The translations under genes and the position numbers were made by a program. Of a DNA stretch of 64,000 nt, positions 18,301-33,300 are shown piece after piece. The notes under the pieces are model-generated. The model worked only from the letters and a program-made list of their open reading frames with translations. It had not been told where the DNA came from and made no database searches. Positions within the stretch are counted from its first letter, which is position 1. Every line of letters starts with the position of its first letter. Origin of the DNA: an uncultured bacterium (GTDB lineage: Bacteria > Margulisbacteria > Termititenacia > CAZZFK01); NCBI GenBank assembly GCA_964653455.1, contig CAZZFK010000008.1, positions 21,949-85,948 on the forward strand, read 5' to 3'.

Positions 18301-21300
18301 GTTCAAAGATAATTATGCAGCACAGGGCGGGGGTGTGATGTTCCTTCAGGGCGCAACAAGGGCCAAGGCTCCGGTGGTTCTCCTGGAAACATGCGAATTC
18401 AGCAATAATTACGCGGCAGACCTGGGCGGCAGTGCGATATATGCGGTCAATGCGAGCGTTACGGTCGACAGATGCTTGTTCAACGGAAATAATTCCACCG
18501 CTGCCGGCGGTGCTATCTATTCGCTGGGGTCGTATATATACGCGTTCAATTCGACCTTCCTTTCCAATAAAGCGTCCACCTATGGCGGCGTGTATTATGG
18601 AGGAGAGGACCCGACCTCCGGTCAGGACGGTGAACTTCTCGCGGAGCGTTGCACGTTCGCCCGCAACAGTGTGGCCAGCACGGGACGCGGCGATGTTCTT
18701 TATTTGGCGAACAATACCGCGTTCACGGCCCGCAATTGTCTGTTCCATCATAATTACTTGTCCACTGCGCAGACGTATGCCATGGTGATCAATACGAGCA
18801 GCAGGGCATATTTCTATAATTCCACGTTCTCTGCGCACAGAGGGGTCGCTCTGTGGACCGCAGGGGCTAACTCTATTTTTCAAGCGTATAATACGTTGTT
18901 CACGGATTGCGGGCCGGCCACATCAATGTTCGCAGGGACAGCACTGGATGCCATCGTAGAACACTGCAGCGTTGATGAGGCGTTGCCTTCAAAGATCGGG
19001 ACGACCGGGACCATAGTCGGCGATCCCAAGATAGCGTTCTCTTCCTATCCATTCCTGGTCAAGGGTTCGCCCTGTGTGGATTCAGGTATCTATCTAGCGG
19101 ATGTCACTGTCGATATCGAGGCAGTCGCTCGTCCTCAGGGAGTATCTTATGATATCGGTGCCTATGAAGGGGCACGACTTTTTGTATCCGATCTGTACCC
19201 GGGAAATTCCTTCGCCGCTCCGCAAGATCTGCAGATACAGGCAGTGCTCTGGATGGTCTCCTGTAATGCGCAGTATCCTCTGACGGTGACAATAAATGAT
19301 CTTAACGGTGCTACCAAGGACGCGACGCTGGTCTTCTTGTCCACGGAAACGTTATATCAGACCGATAAATATCAAGGGATCATAGTCCGGGTCGACGACA
19401 CGCATTCGAGGCTCCTGGTATATGCCAAGGACAGTTCGTTCCTGGAGAACGGCGATCATTTCAGTGTGCAGATCAATTCCGTCCATACACCGCCCCGCGG
19501 AGAGCTCTATCGGACCGATGATCCGGAACCTTTCTTTAATGATGAGCAGATGGAATTCTTTGTGGCAGGTGTCCCGTTCCTGAGCGAATGGTATGCGGGA
19601 GGGCTTACGCGGAACAATACGGTCTCCTATAACAGTTCAGTCGGCAATGGTGCGGATATCGATCAGGACGGGTATCCGGACCTGATCGTCGGTGACGCAG
19701 GCTTTAACGGCGAGACCGGTCAGGCGTTCTTGTATTATGGCGGTCCTGAACAGGAACGCGATGTGAAAGCGGTCTTTACGGGTGTGACCCCTAACTCACG
19801 GTTCGGGGCTATGGTCGGTATGGCCTATATCAATAAGGACGGGTATGGGGATGTGCTCATCGGGGCTCCTGGCGAGAAAAAGATCTACCTGTATTACGGA
19901 ACAAAGGCTTTGGCAGGAGCGTCCGCGCTGGATACGGAGCACCCGTCCTTTGTCATCACGGCGCCGGATGACAGTGCGTATGGGTTCGGCGAGAAGTTCG
20001 ATGTCGGCGATGTGAACGGTGACGGCTACGATGATATCGTGGTCGCGGTCCCTTCATATAATTCCGACGCGGGTGCGGTGTTCGTGTATAACGGCAGGAG
20101 CCTGCTGGCCGGCGGAAAGAGTTCCGCAGCGACCTACAGAACTCTTTCAGGCAGCGGGCAGGGTTTTGCCCAGGCGGCGATAGTCGGCGGTGATCTTGAT
20201 CTGGACGGTGTCGAAGATATCGTTGTCGGTCTTCCGGACGGCGGTACGGATAAAGCAGGTCTGGCATACGTCTACTTTGGTGCGGCGGGTACCCCTGATT
20301 TCTTTACGGCAGGGTCTCTGATGACCAAAACCCTGCAGGCGCAGGTGCCGGCAGCAAATGATCATTTCGGGTATTCACTGGCGAAAGGGAAAGATATCAA
20401 CCATGATAATTTTGCGGATATCCTGGTCGGCAAGTACACGGAACCGGGAGATTCGGGGTGCGCCTGGGTCGTATATGGCGGGGTACGCAGTGATATCGGC
20501 AGTTCCGTCAAGGTACGGACCATCGTTCAGCCGCGGGATATTGAGCGTGATAATGAGAATGTTTCTGCGAACAGCAGTGCTCAGCAGTTCGGTATCACGG
20601 TCGCCTCCGCAGGAGACCTTGACGGTGACGGCTATGATGATTTCATGGTCGGTGCACCGTATGCCGGCAGTACCGGGATGGGCATGATCTTCGTATATAT
20701 GGGGGGTAAGCTCATCGATGAAAGTTTTGATGCGTACAATTTCAACGGTTATGTGATAGCCGGTCATGATGCCGGAGCGCACACCGGGGCCTCGCTCTTG
20801 AACATCCAGGATTATAACGCTGACGGATATGATGAAGTGGCGTTCAATGACCGCTTTGCAGGCAAGAACACGGTGCATGTCATGTATAACGCGGCTGCGA
20901 CCGATATTGCCGCGCCGGTCATCACCTATGCGATGCCTCGGACCGGGATGGCGGGTGTTCCGGAAAATCCGACATTTAATATCACTATCTATGACAGAGG
21001 GAAGAGCGGCTTGAACCTGGCCTCGATCGAAGTTCGTTTGTATCCTCGCGGCATGGGAGAGGCGGATTCTCTTGAAGCCTATCTTCAGAGGAAGATCATC
21101 AACAGTGCGGGACTTGATACTGCCGGCAGTACCGGGTTCAATTCAGCGCAGGTCAAAGATGCATATATGGTCCTGACCCTTGCTTCCGGCGTGACGGTAC
21201 CTATTGCCGCTGGTATTCCGGTCGATGACTATAATGATGCTCTGGGGATGGTAAAGGCGATCAGCATATATTTCACCTTGAACGACGTTTTGGAGAGTTC

Positions 21301-24300
21301 GGAAGGCTATGAGCTTGAGGTCAAAGCTCAGGATTGGGGTGCGGTGCTCCCTGCGTATCAGTATACCGGGCAATACTTTTCCGGTCTTGCGCTGACCCCG
21401 AACATTATTTCCTTCTCGACGAACCAGAAACTTTTTGTGTCCGGGAATACCGGCACGAACGTCAAGTCCATCGGTGATTTCAACGGGGACGGTCTTGATG
21501 ATGTTGCGGTCTTTACTCCGGGCGCGACCTACGGTGAGATATATAATACGACCAATGCGTCGTGGTTCGTCGGTATCCCGGCGCCGGGGACCAATGCCAA
21601 TAAAGGCTATGTATTGCTCTATTTCGGCGGGCCGGACATCAAGTTCGATACACCGAACGTGATCCTGGTCGGCGGTGATACGTCCGGTACTTTTGCGACG
21701 GATGTGTTCGGTATCCCGCAAGTGACCCTGACGCATGCAGATTCCGGGGATGTGTACCATGATGTGGTCGTTCTCGAAGGGAAGGCCGTGAACGATTCAG
21801 GATATTCCCGTGTGCATGTGTTCAGCGGACAGGCCATGGATAAGACCGATACTCCGGTCATAATGTCCAACGGTGTACCGAGCCAGGTCTCGAAGAACGT
21901 GTATATCGACAGGGGTATACCGTTGTATGACATCAATGGCGATGATTATCCGGATATTGCCGTTTCAGACGGCGGTACTTCCAATGCCGTGTACGTGCTC
22001 TACGGCAGCGGTACGGGTTTCCAGACGAACAAGAGCGTGATCAGCGGTCCTGCGGGGTCGGCTTTCGGGTCCGCGCTGGCCGAGTGCGGACGTACGCTGG
22101 TGATCGGGGCTCCGAACGCTTCGTACGGTGATTTTGAATATCGCGGGGCCGTCGGTGTGGTCGCGAACAATACCGACGAAACGCTGCTCCCGGATAAGAT
22201 CGTGGCTGTCGGAGAGATGTGGCTCGGGGCCCGTGCCGGCGCTCATTTCGGCGCGTCCCTGGCGAGCGGGTATTTCAACGACACATATACCAGTCCGAAC
22301 ACGGTGGCGACCGGCGCCTACCCGGATATCGCGATCGGTGCGCCCAATGATGATCAGTTCGCAGAGAACGCCGGCAGTGTCACCATCTTCTTTGGCAAGA
22401 GCGCTCTGTTCACGCCTTTACCGGTAGCGACTCCCGATGTCGTTCTGCTTCCGGAGAGCATTGATTCCGAGTTCGGGACCCGGCTTGCCGCGGCTAAATA
22501 TCTGAGCACACCCGCTCATTATAAGCGGTGGGCGCTGGGGTATGACCGGTACAATAAGGATTATTTTGATAATTATGATGACCTCATTGTCTCGGCCCGT
22601 ACGTATGATAATGCGATGGCCTCAACGACCGGTAACGGCAAGATATATATCTATGCGGGCGGAACGACGCTTTCTCAGACGGCGGACGCGGGGTACTTGG
22701 GAGGAGCACGTGAGGAGCTCTCACTCATCACGAACGGCGGAGATGTGCTCGGTATGAACAGTGATTCACTGTTCGTGATCAAAGCCTCGGAAGGTGCAGG
22801 CCAGTTCTATCTTCTGCAGAACCGTGATATTCCTGATACGGTGTATCCGACCTTCGTTCGTGTCTATCCGCCGAACGATTCGTACGATGTTTCTGTCGAT
22901 TCCGATATCATATTCGAGGTGTCCGATGCTTCCGGTATCTTGAAGGAGAGCCTGATCGTGTACCGGTACCGCAAGGATTACACGGATACGAGCAGGGAGA
23001 TCGTCAAGGCCGGCGTGGTCGCCGATAAGTCCCAGACCAATCCGATCAAGGAATATGAACTTGTCTCTGCCGATATCGGCAGCAGCGGCACGACGGTACG
23101 GTTCACGTTGAGCCCTCATCCGCAGAATTATGAACCGCTGCCCGGTGAATATCCGGCGGGGCAATGGACCGAGAGCGAACCGGTCAATGTGGACCTGTAT
23201 ATCGGCGATAAACGTACGGTGTGGGTCAGCGATACTAAGAAGAACATCCAGTCGCTTATGACGAAGTTGAACTATGGCTTTATGACCAAGTTCAAGGCCA
23301 ATGAGGCGCAAAAGATACAGCTGTTGGGTGAAGAGGATATGCCGAACACCTATTTTGGTTCTTCGATCGCTTCCGTGGGTGATGTGAACGCGGACGGATA
23401 TACTGATTTTGTCATCGGTGAATACGGGAATAATCAATACGGGCCGTACTCAGGGAAAGCATATCTGTACCTTGGCAGCGGAGATTTCTATGAACTGGCC
23501 CGTGCCGACCTGACCCTGACCTTGGGGTCGGGGACAGCCTCTTCCCGTTTTGGGTATAAAGTGGCGCCTGCCGGTGATATGAACAATGACGGGTATGATG
23601 ATGTTGCGGTAACGGCCCTTAATTCCGGGTCTACGGGCGCGGAAGTGTTCGTTCTGTTCGGTGGTCCGGGCGTTATTTCCGGGCTGAACAGCGCACGCTG
23701 GGACCTTACGTTCCTGAACACGTATGCGACGGTCGTGCAGGGGGCGTACCCTCAGGACGGCTTCGGAACGGCGGTCTATGGTAACGGCGATATCAACGGT
23801 GACGGCTATGACGACCTGCTCATCGGTGCGCCGTACACGGATATAGACAGTAAAGAAGAGGCCGGCCGTGTCTATGTTATCCTGGGGCGCAAATATGAAT
23901 CATCCTATGGTCAAACGGGAGCCCGTCATTTAAATCCGGATAATGAAGGCGGGGCCCGAGGTCCGATACGGGCCACAGAGCTCGCGGAGCTCTCCGCGGA
24001 CACGCTCTCCTCTTTCGATCCGTCGGATACGAACGGGACGCTGCGCGGTTTTTGTATCAGCGGTACGACGGCCTATGAACGGTTCGGCTCTGCGGTCATG
24101 AGCGGTGTGAACATCAACGGCGATACGGCGGTCGTTGCCGTTAATAATGCCGCGAACGTCAATGCGACCAAGAACACCGAGGTCTCTGAACTGCTTATCG
24201 GTGCGCCGGGTACGTCACATGCCAAAGGTGCGGTACATGTCTATTCGTTCAATACCGGCACAAAGGTCCTCTCCCGCGCGACGCTGCTCACCGGGGAAGC

Positions 24301-27300
24301 GGAGGGTGATCAGTTCGGTTCCTCGCTTACCTCTATGGGTGATATGACCAATGACCTTGAACTGCTCGGAACTGAATACGAGGAATTTGCCGTCGGTGCT
24401 CCCTACAATAACGCGAACGGTACGGATGCGGGTTCTGCCTACCTGTATCTGGGCAAGAGCGATTGTGCTTCCGTGACCAGCGCGTATCTTGCCTTCTACG
24501 GGCAGAACGCCGGCGATGCGTTCGGGTATGCGCTCGCGAATGTCGGCAATGTGGATAACGATCAATACGGGAATAATGATCTTGCTATATCTGCACCGTT
24601 CAATGCCCGCGGCGGGAAGAACGCCGGCCGCGTGTATATTTTTGGTTCAGCCCTTTCAAGTGAAAAACCCCATACCCTGGTCATGGATAAAATGGCGGAT
24701 TATGCCAACGAAGGTGAGGCCGGATATGTGTTCGGTTATGATGTCTCGGGGTTGGGCGACCTTGACGGTGATTTTGTGCCGGAATATCTCATCGGTGCAC
24801 CGTCCTACGCTTCTAATAATATCGAGAACCGGGGACGGGTGTTCTTGTATACGAACCCGGATGATTTCGGTCCCACACTCAATCTTGCCTGGCTGAACCC
24901 TCAGGATGGTTCGACGGGCAATAAGAAAGTTCATTCCTATTTCGACGAGACCCTATCGGCGACCGTCAATATACCTTTGACAATACGGCTTTATGCCAAA
25001 GATAATCGTATCGTCTATATCAACGGGTCCAGTGTTGAACTGCGCGGTGAGGACGAGAACAAAGCATATACCTACCGTTTCAGTAATCCTGTGACCGGTG
25101 TGAATTATTACACGATCCATAATCGTAAAATCGTCGAGTTCTTTGTCGTCCATCCGTACTATCGTTACGGTGAAATGGTCGATGTTACGGCCAATATCAT
25201 CGATGTGTGCGGCAATAAGCTGGGGGCGAACATGGCGCTTACGCCGAACTATATGGGCGCGCCGTATACGTTCCGTTTCCAGGTAGAGGAGAATCCGTAT
25301 GATGGACCCTCCAAACTGGTCGCCAAGGTCAATCCCGTCCCGGACACAAACGGTGCCGGTCTGTACGGAGATTCCAAGCTGTACACGGATAATCCGAATA
25401 TCTCCGTGGCCCTTGCTGCGCGCGATATGAAAGGCGGGGTCTGCTATGTGAATTTCGGTATGGGCAGCCTGGATATCATGCAGGTCGTCGATAATATACC
25501 GGTCAGCCAGCTGTCCGGTCTTGCGGGCGCCGTGACGGCTGATATGTTCGATGATGACGGCTCCACCGCTATCACGTTCAATATTAATGTGAGCGCCAAT
25601 AATTTCAAGGTCTATAATCCATATTCGTCCTTTGGCCGTGCGACCTTGTCCTCGGGCGACGGCGTGAAGACCTTCGCGTTCCAGGCCTGGGATATGAGCC
25701 TGAACCCGAGCGAAGTGGTCACGGTCAGTATCATATTGGATACTCTTCCTCCGACGATATCTGAACGCTGCCCGACACCGGGAAGCACAGGTGTCGCGAA
25801 CCAGGTGAGCGTGTCGTTCACGGCGAGCGACGCAGGTTCCGGCATCAATCTCGAGAATCTTTCGGTCGTGGTGGCGCGTGGTGCTGACAGATATCAATAT
25901 TTTGTCCCATACGGCCTGCAGTCAGTGGTCTTTGCTCCGTTCACCGAGAATTGTTCGACGAACACTTCTGTGGCGGATTATTTTGCTCAGATCAATAACG
26001 GTTCGCTGCAGGATGGTATCGGTTGCATCAGTACAGAAGGTATCGCCGATCTTTCGGCGGGGACCATGCTGCGCAGCGGATCCTCCGTGTATAACGATGG
26101 GGTGATCTCTCTGACCCTTTCCGGTTTTGATTATACGCAGGATGCTCTTGAACTCGCCTTCCGGTCGGATATAACGGTCGAAGGTATCGTTGAACAAGGA
26201 TATGCACTGAGCCTGGAACGGGTCTCAGGTCAGACCTACAGCAGGTTGAGCCTGAAAAAAGTCCTGCCGAAGTCCACTGTGGTCCTGGCGACCAGAAACC
26301 TGACCACGGTCGATTCCTCACAGACCGCGCCGCGCCTGCAAGTGGTCATGAACGGATCGTATCTGAAAGTGTTCTGGAATAATGAGCTCAAGATCGAAAT
26401 GCAGGATAATACATATATCACCGGGCGTGTCGGTATAGCGGCCCCGGCAGGTAAGCACATCGCTTTGGACCAGATAGACATTGTGCGGCTGCCGGCGATA
26501 ACGATCACTGCCGGAGATGACGCGGATACCCAGCTGGTGCATCAGAACAATTTTGAGAACGACACTGCCGAGTTCACGAACGGGACCGATGTCGCTGCGG
26601 GGCGCGTGGATGATCCGGATACGGACGGCATAGAGCCGATCAATCAAGTGCTGCGGCTCACATCCTCTCCGACAACGATCAGCTTCTATACGGATGCTTC
26701 GAGCATACCCGGGCTTGCGTCAGACCATGTGATCAACTTTAAATATCTTGTTTCCAATGCGGGCTCCGCCGGTACGGTGTTCTTCCGTGTACAGGACCAG
26801 AACAACGGTTATATCCTGAGCCTGGAAGGCAGTACGGTGCGGTGGGGCAAGCTGGTCAATGGGACATATTACGACAGTGAATCGGGCTGGTGCGCCACTT
26901 CCGATATCACGCTGGCTTCGCGGACCAATGCGGTGAACGAGTGGAGCTCCTATACCTTGAAGGTCAACGGTACCAAGTTCACCCTGCTGCAGGATGCCGT
27001 AGTATTGAGCAGTGTGACGGACGTGGATGCCGCTCATCCGGCGTTCATCAGCGGCGGGTTCGGCTTTGCGGCGATCGGGGGCAATATCATCTATCTCGAT
27101 GACCTGTCCGCATCGAATATACTGAAGAACAAACTGTATGCGACCATATCGCTCCCGTATTTTAACTACGAGGACGAGATCTCGATATCCATCAATATTG
27201 AAGATATGACCGCGGCGGATTATCCCACACATCGTATCGTCGACCACTTCTCTTTCACGGTATCTCCGGACTATCGGGCTCCGTACGATCCGTCCGTTGT

Positions 27301-30300
27301 TATCGATGACGGGGCCGAATATTCTCGCCTGATGGTCTTTGTTTCCGCGAACGCCGTTGATGATATGGGCGTCGTGGATATCTTTATTTCCGGTGATGTG
27401 ACGAACAATGGCCTTACAGAAGGCATGACAACGGTGGATGCCTGGGTCTCGGCGAACGCAGAGGACTATGCGATCTATCTTGATCCGTACCTTTCAGAAG
27501 GGTATCGCAATCTTGAACCGTCTGACGGTAAACGTATCGTGTCGGTCAAGTTCCGCGATGCTCAAGGCAATGTCAGCGCGATAGCGACGGATGATATCCT
27601 CTTGTCCTATTTCTCGACGGAAGGACGTCCGGTCATCAGCAAGTTCTTCATCAATGGTGCTACCAGGGCGGCCGCCGAGAAGGCCAAATTCACATCAAGC
27701 AATACGGTAGCGCTCTATATCGACGGGTTCGATGTGGAAGGTGTTACTCCGACCACGGAGGGCAAGATCGTTGCCTATAGGCTTATGGGGCATATCACTG
27801 CCAATACCCAGGTGGAACCGGGTAAATGGTATCCTTATCCTGCGACCAAGATCATTCCTGCCGTCGCGCTCGCGACCAGTGAGGGTATCCGTACCATCGC
27901 CATGCAGTTCCTTGATCGTGATTATATTACCGCCAATGCGACTGACAGCGATGTCGTTGTTCAATTAGCGGCCATCAATGATCAGACGGCATCTATCAAT
28001 AGTCTTGGACGCACAAGTTCCTGGAACTATGCCTCGATCACTTTTGACCGGACCCCGCCGTTCTTCAATTTCTGGCTCAATAATCCGGTGAATATGTATC
28101 GTTCTTCATACTTTTGCCGTTCTGAAGGGAAATTGAGCGGTTCATGGAAAGCTTCGGACACATATTCAGGTATAGCCCGGTATGATTATTGTATCTATGA
28201 GGTCTCTCAGAACACAGGCTGGGTGACGGCAAGCCTTTCATATGAGACCTCGACGAACTATACGCTGATCCAGGCCTGGAAGACCGTGCCGGCAGCGCAG
28301 ATAATCAATGACCTGGCAACGGTCACATCGAACCTTGCGCTTGAGTCAGGTAAGGACGGTTATTGTTTTGTGGTCAACGCTATCGACGGTGCAGGCAATG
28401 TGGCCCAGGTCACGACCAATCTGTTGGCCGTTGATATAACCAAGCCGTATGCGACGGTGTACTATGATTCCAGTGCGCTATTATCCCGCCCCGTATTCGA
28501 TATCGATTTTGCGGATGACAGAGCGGGCTTGTACCAGGTGTCCGTCGCGTTGAACAATAAATTCGGTGCACAGCGCATCATTACGAACATCAATGAAGAT
28601 GAGGTCGGCATACCGAGCAAGAACGGTGCGTACCGTACCCTGTACAGCAAGAACTGGCGGCTGGATGATGATATCTGGGCCGATCTGGCTGAAGGCGAGA
28701 ATACGCTCTATTTCAAGATAACCGATGCGGCAGGCAATGTGGTCTATCCGTCCGACAGCGACTCGACTGGAGAAACAAGCTATACGTTCATTAAAGACAC
28801 GCTGGCGCCTACAGGTACGGCCCGTTTTAACGGCGGAGCGCTGTATACGAAGAACCTGGTTACGACGGTGAACGTTGATTTCTCCAGTGAAGGCTATTTC
28901 GGTATGGTATATATGACCAGGTATCCCGTGTCAGAGGATATGTTCCTTGAGGACCACAGCTTTGAGGATGCCGGTGATCTTGGGGTCCTCCCGAGCTGGA
29001 ACATGGTCATGAACGGGCTTTCCTCCTCGCAGGTATCGATGAGCGTGAAATTGTTCGGTTCCACCGCCACGACCAAGAATACCGCCTGTTCCATAAAGGA
29101 CGGTCTGTACGGTCTGGTCGTCAGCTTCAATGTCTCCACGCAGGGGAATGAGTCCGCGAAGCTCGGCGGGTGGGCTTTACAGAAACAGGTGAACATTGCC
29201 ACCGCGAACGTTACCTACAATTTCCACGGGTTCGTGAACGTGGCCAATATCTCGGGTATCGCCACCGGGTCGGAATGGATCGTGGCGGACGTGAGCTATT
29301 ATGATTCAACGCTCGGTCAGACGGTCCGGGTGGTCTGTCCCGATACCATATGGAACGGCGAAGCGGACAGCAAGAGCGGCTGGAACATGTTCCAGGGGAA
29401 TATATTCATCCCGAACAACAGCGAGGTCACGCTCCGGTTCACGTTCGGCGCGAAAACCTGGCAGAATACGAACGGCTATATCGTACTCGATGATATCAAC
29501 TTTATACCGGGTGGCGACCTGGTCGTGACCGAGAACAAGAGCATCTCGTTCCTGTATAACTTGGAATCGGGAGATGACGGGTATCGCAAGATCTATGTTG
29601 CTGCCCGCGATCAGGCCGGCAACTGGAAGAACAGCGAAAAGTCCATTTTCTATGACACCACACCGCCTTCCTTTAATGCGCCGAACTGCGGTGTACAGTT
29701 GTATACCATCTCGGGCAACGGTACATATCAAAAAAATAATACCAAACTGATGTGCGGGTATCGTGCCGACGACGGGCTCGGATCAGGTGTATCATTCTAT
29801 ACCTATACGATCGATGTCAGTATGATGGTCACTGCGGACGCGGACGGTGACCTGGTAGAGCCGGTCTGGACAGAGTACAAGAGCGTATCCGGGAAAACGG
29901 CAGTGCTGACCACCGATGATATTCCGACCAGACGCAATACGTCATACCGCTATCGTGTCCGTGCGGTGGATGCTCTGGGCAATACCAGTAATTATACGAC
30001 GAGCAATGTCGTCATCGTCGATGTGGATGCGCCGCAAAGCTTTGTGACGGTCTCGGCATCTCTGCCGGACGGTATCAATCCGCAGGGGTCCGGCTGGTAC
30101 AAGGATGGTCCGATCCTTGTGACGATATCCGCCGTTGACCATTCACGGGTCTTCAATACACTGTACGATCTGCCGACGCGCAATGGCTGCGGAGTCTCGA
30201 CAATTAATTATGTGAAAGGGTATGTACGTGACGGGGTGGCCGTTCTTGAACCGACCGTGAGCGTGACGATAGTATCCCCCACACAGGAAGTGACGGTCGC

Positions 30301-33300
30301 GATTGATCATGCAGGGCAGAACCTGTTCGGGTATTGGGCATCGGACGCGCTGGGGTGGACAGAAACGCCGAACTGGGTCAATTCCGAGAATCTCCATATT
30401 GATAAGGACGCGCCGGTCGTCACGAGCAACCTGCATATATACAGCTATCCGAACGCGAAGCGTTGGTTCAGTGCCGATAATCTTCCGGTGGAATATACCC
30501 TGGACGATCAGTTACGCGCCCATGTCGTGAGCGGGAACCTGCTGCATCGGGCCGATCGTCTCGGTGACGGTACATCCAGACTGTATTACAAGGTCGATGA
30601 TAATCCGACCGGCAATCTGTACGCTGATCGGCGCGAATTAGGGTCCATCTTCCCGTTCGCGGTCCTGCCGACATTGAACGGCGAGATCACCGGCTGGGAT
30701 AAGACCGCGGCCGCCGGCCTCAGTCCGTACGTGGAGCCGTTCACGCTGCGCAGTGCCGACGGCGTACTGCCTCCGCTCGACGGTGAAGGCGTGCATATCG
30801 TGTATTATTGGGCGGAAGATAAGTATGAACATGTTTCAACGGTGAATTTTGTCGATGATATACGCATCGATAACGGCAAGCCTGAGCTCAGTCTTAATAT
30901 GGGCGGCAGCTTCCAGACCGTATGGTGCACGGACCCTGCCGGCATTCAGGCCATTATCGAGGTCAGGGATTTCTATGAAACGCCGGTCTCTTATAATTCC
31001 GCATGGTATCGCGGTCAAATGCCTCCTTCAGGCTGGATGATCGATGAAGGGGAGAAGACCATAATCCCGGGTTCGGGTATCAAGAGCTTCTGGTACCAGC
31101 TGAACTCAGAAATACCGACCGAGGTCACGTTCCCCGGGGAAGAAGATCCGCTCATCGATTATCTCGAGTATCGTTTCACGAAGACCTTCGTGGTACCGAT
31201 CATGACCAACGGGTATAACGTACTGAGATATATCATTACGGATAATGCCTATAATGTGGCGGACATACATTCCGGGCATCTGGAGTGGCATTCGGACCTT
31301 CGTTCCTGGATATCGGACTCCGATACGGGCATGATCAGGTACATACGTCTGGACAATGAACCGCCGACGGCAGCTGCAGTGCTCCTGAACCGGTATAAGG
31401 CCGCCCCGTTATATACGAACAACCGGTTGGTCTCCTGTAACCTGCAAGCTCAGGATTTCGGTATCGGCGTGAAATACGCGATGATCTACGGCTATGATGA
31501 TTCCATACCCGATGCGGAGAATAATCCGTACGCCTGGACGGCACTTGAGCCGACGATCAATGTTCTGTACCAGTTCTTTACGACCAATACCTGGAACATG
31601 ATCGCGGATACGGATGCGGACCGGTATTGGGATTTCGATAACAATCGCAGCCCGCGTGCGATCGTTGATATGCATAAGTACATATATCTCGAGGATAGGG
31701 ACGGAACAAAGAACGTGCAGGCGGTCTTCGCCGATGATTTCGGCATGCCGTATGAGAGCGTGTCTGCCGATGAAGAATGCGCGTACGTGACATATCAGTC
31801 CTGGAGGGATAATGTGTCCGCGAACGGACAATATCCCGTGTTCACCACGGCGGAGAAAGCACGTCTTGATGCGATCCCGTTCGAGAAGTGGCCGACACGG
31901 GCGGTGTACATCGCGCGCATGCCTGCGATAGAGAACCATGCCAGCGTGACCGCGAGCACGCTCATCATCCTCGATCGTCAGATCGTGGCGGGCAGTGTCA
32001 CGTCCAGTACCGTATTACAGACCAAATATGGCCCGTATGTGACCACCCGGAACGTTAAGCTGTCCATCTCGCATGATGATCCCTCAGAGCTGAGCGGCAT
32101 CGACGCCGTGATGATCTATGGCGACCTTGCGGAGAACGGGAAGAACAATGTATGGCTGCCGTACACCTCCGGCAGCAGCCAGGATATCACGGTGCTCATC
32201 CCTCAGGCGGAGTACGATTCTGTCACTATCGACCTGTACGTGGTCTGGCGCGATCGTGCGGGCAATATCAGCACGCCGGTCACGATGAGCTTCCAATATG
32301 AAACACCTATGCAGGCGGATAATCCGCAGTATCGTATCAATTTCCCGACCGCGGGATGGTATATGACCACACGTAATGTCTCGGTGCTCCTGAATTTCCC
32401 GGGAGCGAACTATGTACACTTTGTCGGCGATGTGGATAGCACGTTCAGTACCTTGAATTACAGAACGAACGTTTCCTGCATGCTGTCCGAAGGTGATGGC
32501 CTGAAGGCCATGGGTATCTGGCTCGAGGACCGGCTGATCTCGACCATCACCATGACCCAGAACTTCCTGCTCGACCGCTCTGCACCGTCCGGTACGGACA
32601 ATGTGAACACCGGTATCATCTATGAGGACCAGAACGGTGCGACCTTCACGCTTTCCTTCTCTGATGTACCGACACCCGGCATCCAGGTCTCCGGCATCAA
32701 GAAGATCTATTATCAGATCAATAGTGAGGCCGTGGTCACCGTGGAAGTGCGTGATGCTTCCGGCTATTATTCGGCGCCGACCGCGAACAAGATCACGGTC
32801 ACTATCCGCAATAAGAGCGCGCATAATCAGTTGAAGTATTGGGCGGAAGATATGGCCGGGAATATATCCGCGGTCACTGCGATAAGCGGTATCAAGGTAA
32901 ATACGCTGCCGATAGCGGTACCGCAGCTCAGTCCGGTCACGGTCAATCGGTACACGGATGTGCTCCCCGGAGAGGACGTGTATTACGTGAACAGCAGGAC
33001 CGTGACCTTCAATTTCTCCGCGGTGAATGCGGACCGCATGTGGCTCTATGGCGATATCGTTGAGGACGGAACGGGACCTGTGGTCATCACGGTCGGCGGC
33101 GTCACCAAGCGTTCCGTTCAATTGACCGGCGCCGAGAATGTCGTACAGCATGTACGTGTCGTCTATGGCGATGATTTCTCGAGCATCGGAGGTAAGACCA
33201 TCTCGACCACGCTCAATATCATCCTTGATACGGTAGCTCCGGCCAGCCCGTCCCTTGTGTCCCTGTCGGCGCAGGTCAGCGCGTCAATATACTGTACCTC

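Noticed and set aside
18044-18883. 279-aa minus-strand ORF antisense to the giant gene, together with many similar antisense ORFs across 16-34 kb (for example 22766-23437, 24953-25897, 32084-33151, 33163-33883)
   Set aside because: They are typical long antisense ORFs in GC-rich coding DNA, with Arg/His/Asp-rich low-complexity translations and no recognisable domains. The sense frame carries clear FG-GAP, Ig and beta-helix signal.
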